From Malacoraja senta (Eukaryota): a stretch of DNA of 64,000 bases. Below the pieces are notes generated by a model. The model worked only from the letters and a program-made list of their open reading frames with translations. It was not told where the DNA came from and searched no databases. Below, one piece after another: positions 63,791-64,000 of the stretch (position 1 is the stretch's first letter; the number at the start of each line of letters is the position of its first letter). The stretch spans positions 10,046,001 to 10,110,000 of the forward strand of contig CM075988.1 in NCBI GenBank assembly GCA_038087875.1, written 5' to 3'. The position numbers were made by a program, and so were the translations under genes.

Positions 63791-64000
63791 CTGTATTGGT
63801 ACACGGTTGCATTCAGTTCAAGTCTGCTGAAAGGTAAAGACACAAAGGAATTTCTAAGTATCAGAAGATTGAGGTCAGTCCACTTCCCCTCCATCGTCCT
63901 TGTGACCACATGATAAAAGTATCAGTCACAAATATCAGTCACTGGCCATTTGTTCTCAGAAATGGTTCGCGAAAGTGTACTGCGATGGAAATCTGACATT

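Overview
AT-rich, repeat-dense vertebrate DNA with no recognisable host protein-coding gene, so it is probably intronic or intergenic. The repeat content (V-SINE/HE1-type tRNA-derived SINEs, CR1 3' ends, Rex1/Babar LINEs, Penelope-like tails) points to a cartilaginous fish such as a skate or ray; this is an inference. Main resolvable elements: (1) a full-length but decayed DIRS1-type tyrosine-recombinase retrotransposon (51539-56277, minus) with inverted terminal repeats, an internal complementary region spelling the circle junction, and gag/RT/RNaseH/methyltransferase/YR remnants; (2) a 5'-truncated Rex1/Babar LINE (14348-16809, minus) with a 7-bp TSD; (3) a non-autonomous Helitron (46495-48830, minus) carrying a CR1 insert and a 48-bp minisatellite, whose empty site is visible elsewhere in the window; (4) about 20 Penelope-type tails carrying minimal hammerhead-ribozyme motifs (CTGAAGA-stem-GAAACGTC), found as solo, tandem and palindromic units, one of them inside a Harbinger-type MITE; (5) a GC-rich non-coding retroelement family sharing a core but with swapped L2-like or Rex-like 3' tails; (6) Harbinger-, hAT- and Tigger-type MITEs, an L1 3' fragment and a local ~340-bp duplication. 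Family names come from recalled consensus features, not database searches. Coordinates of degraded repeats are approximate.
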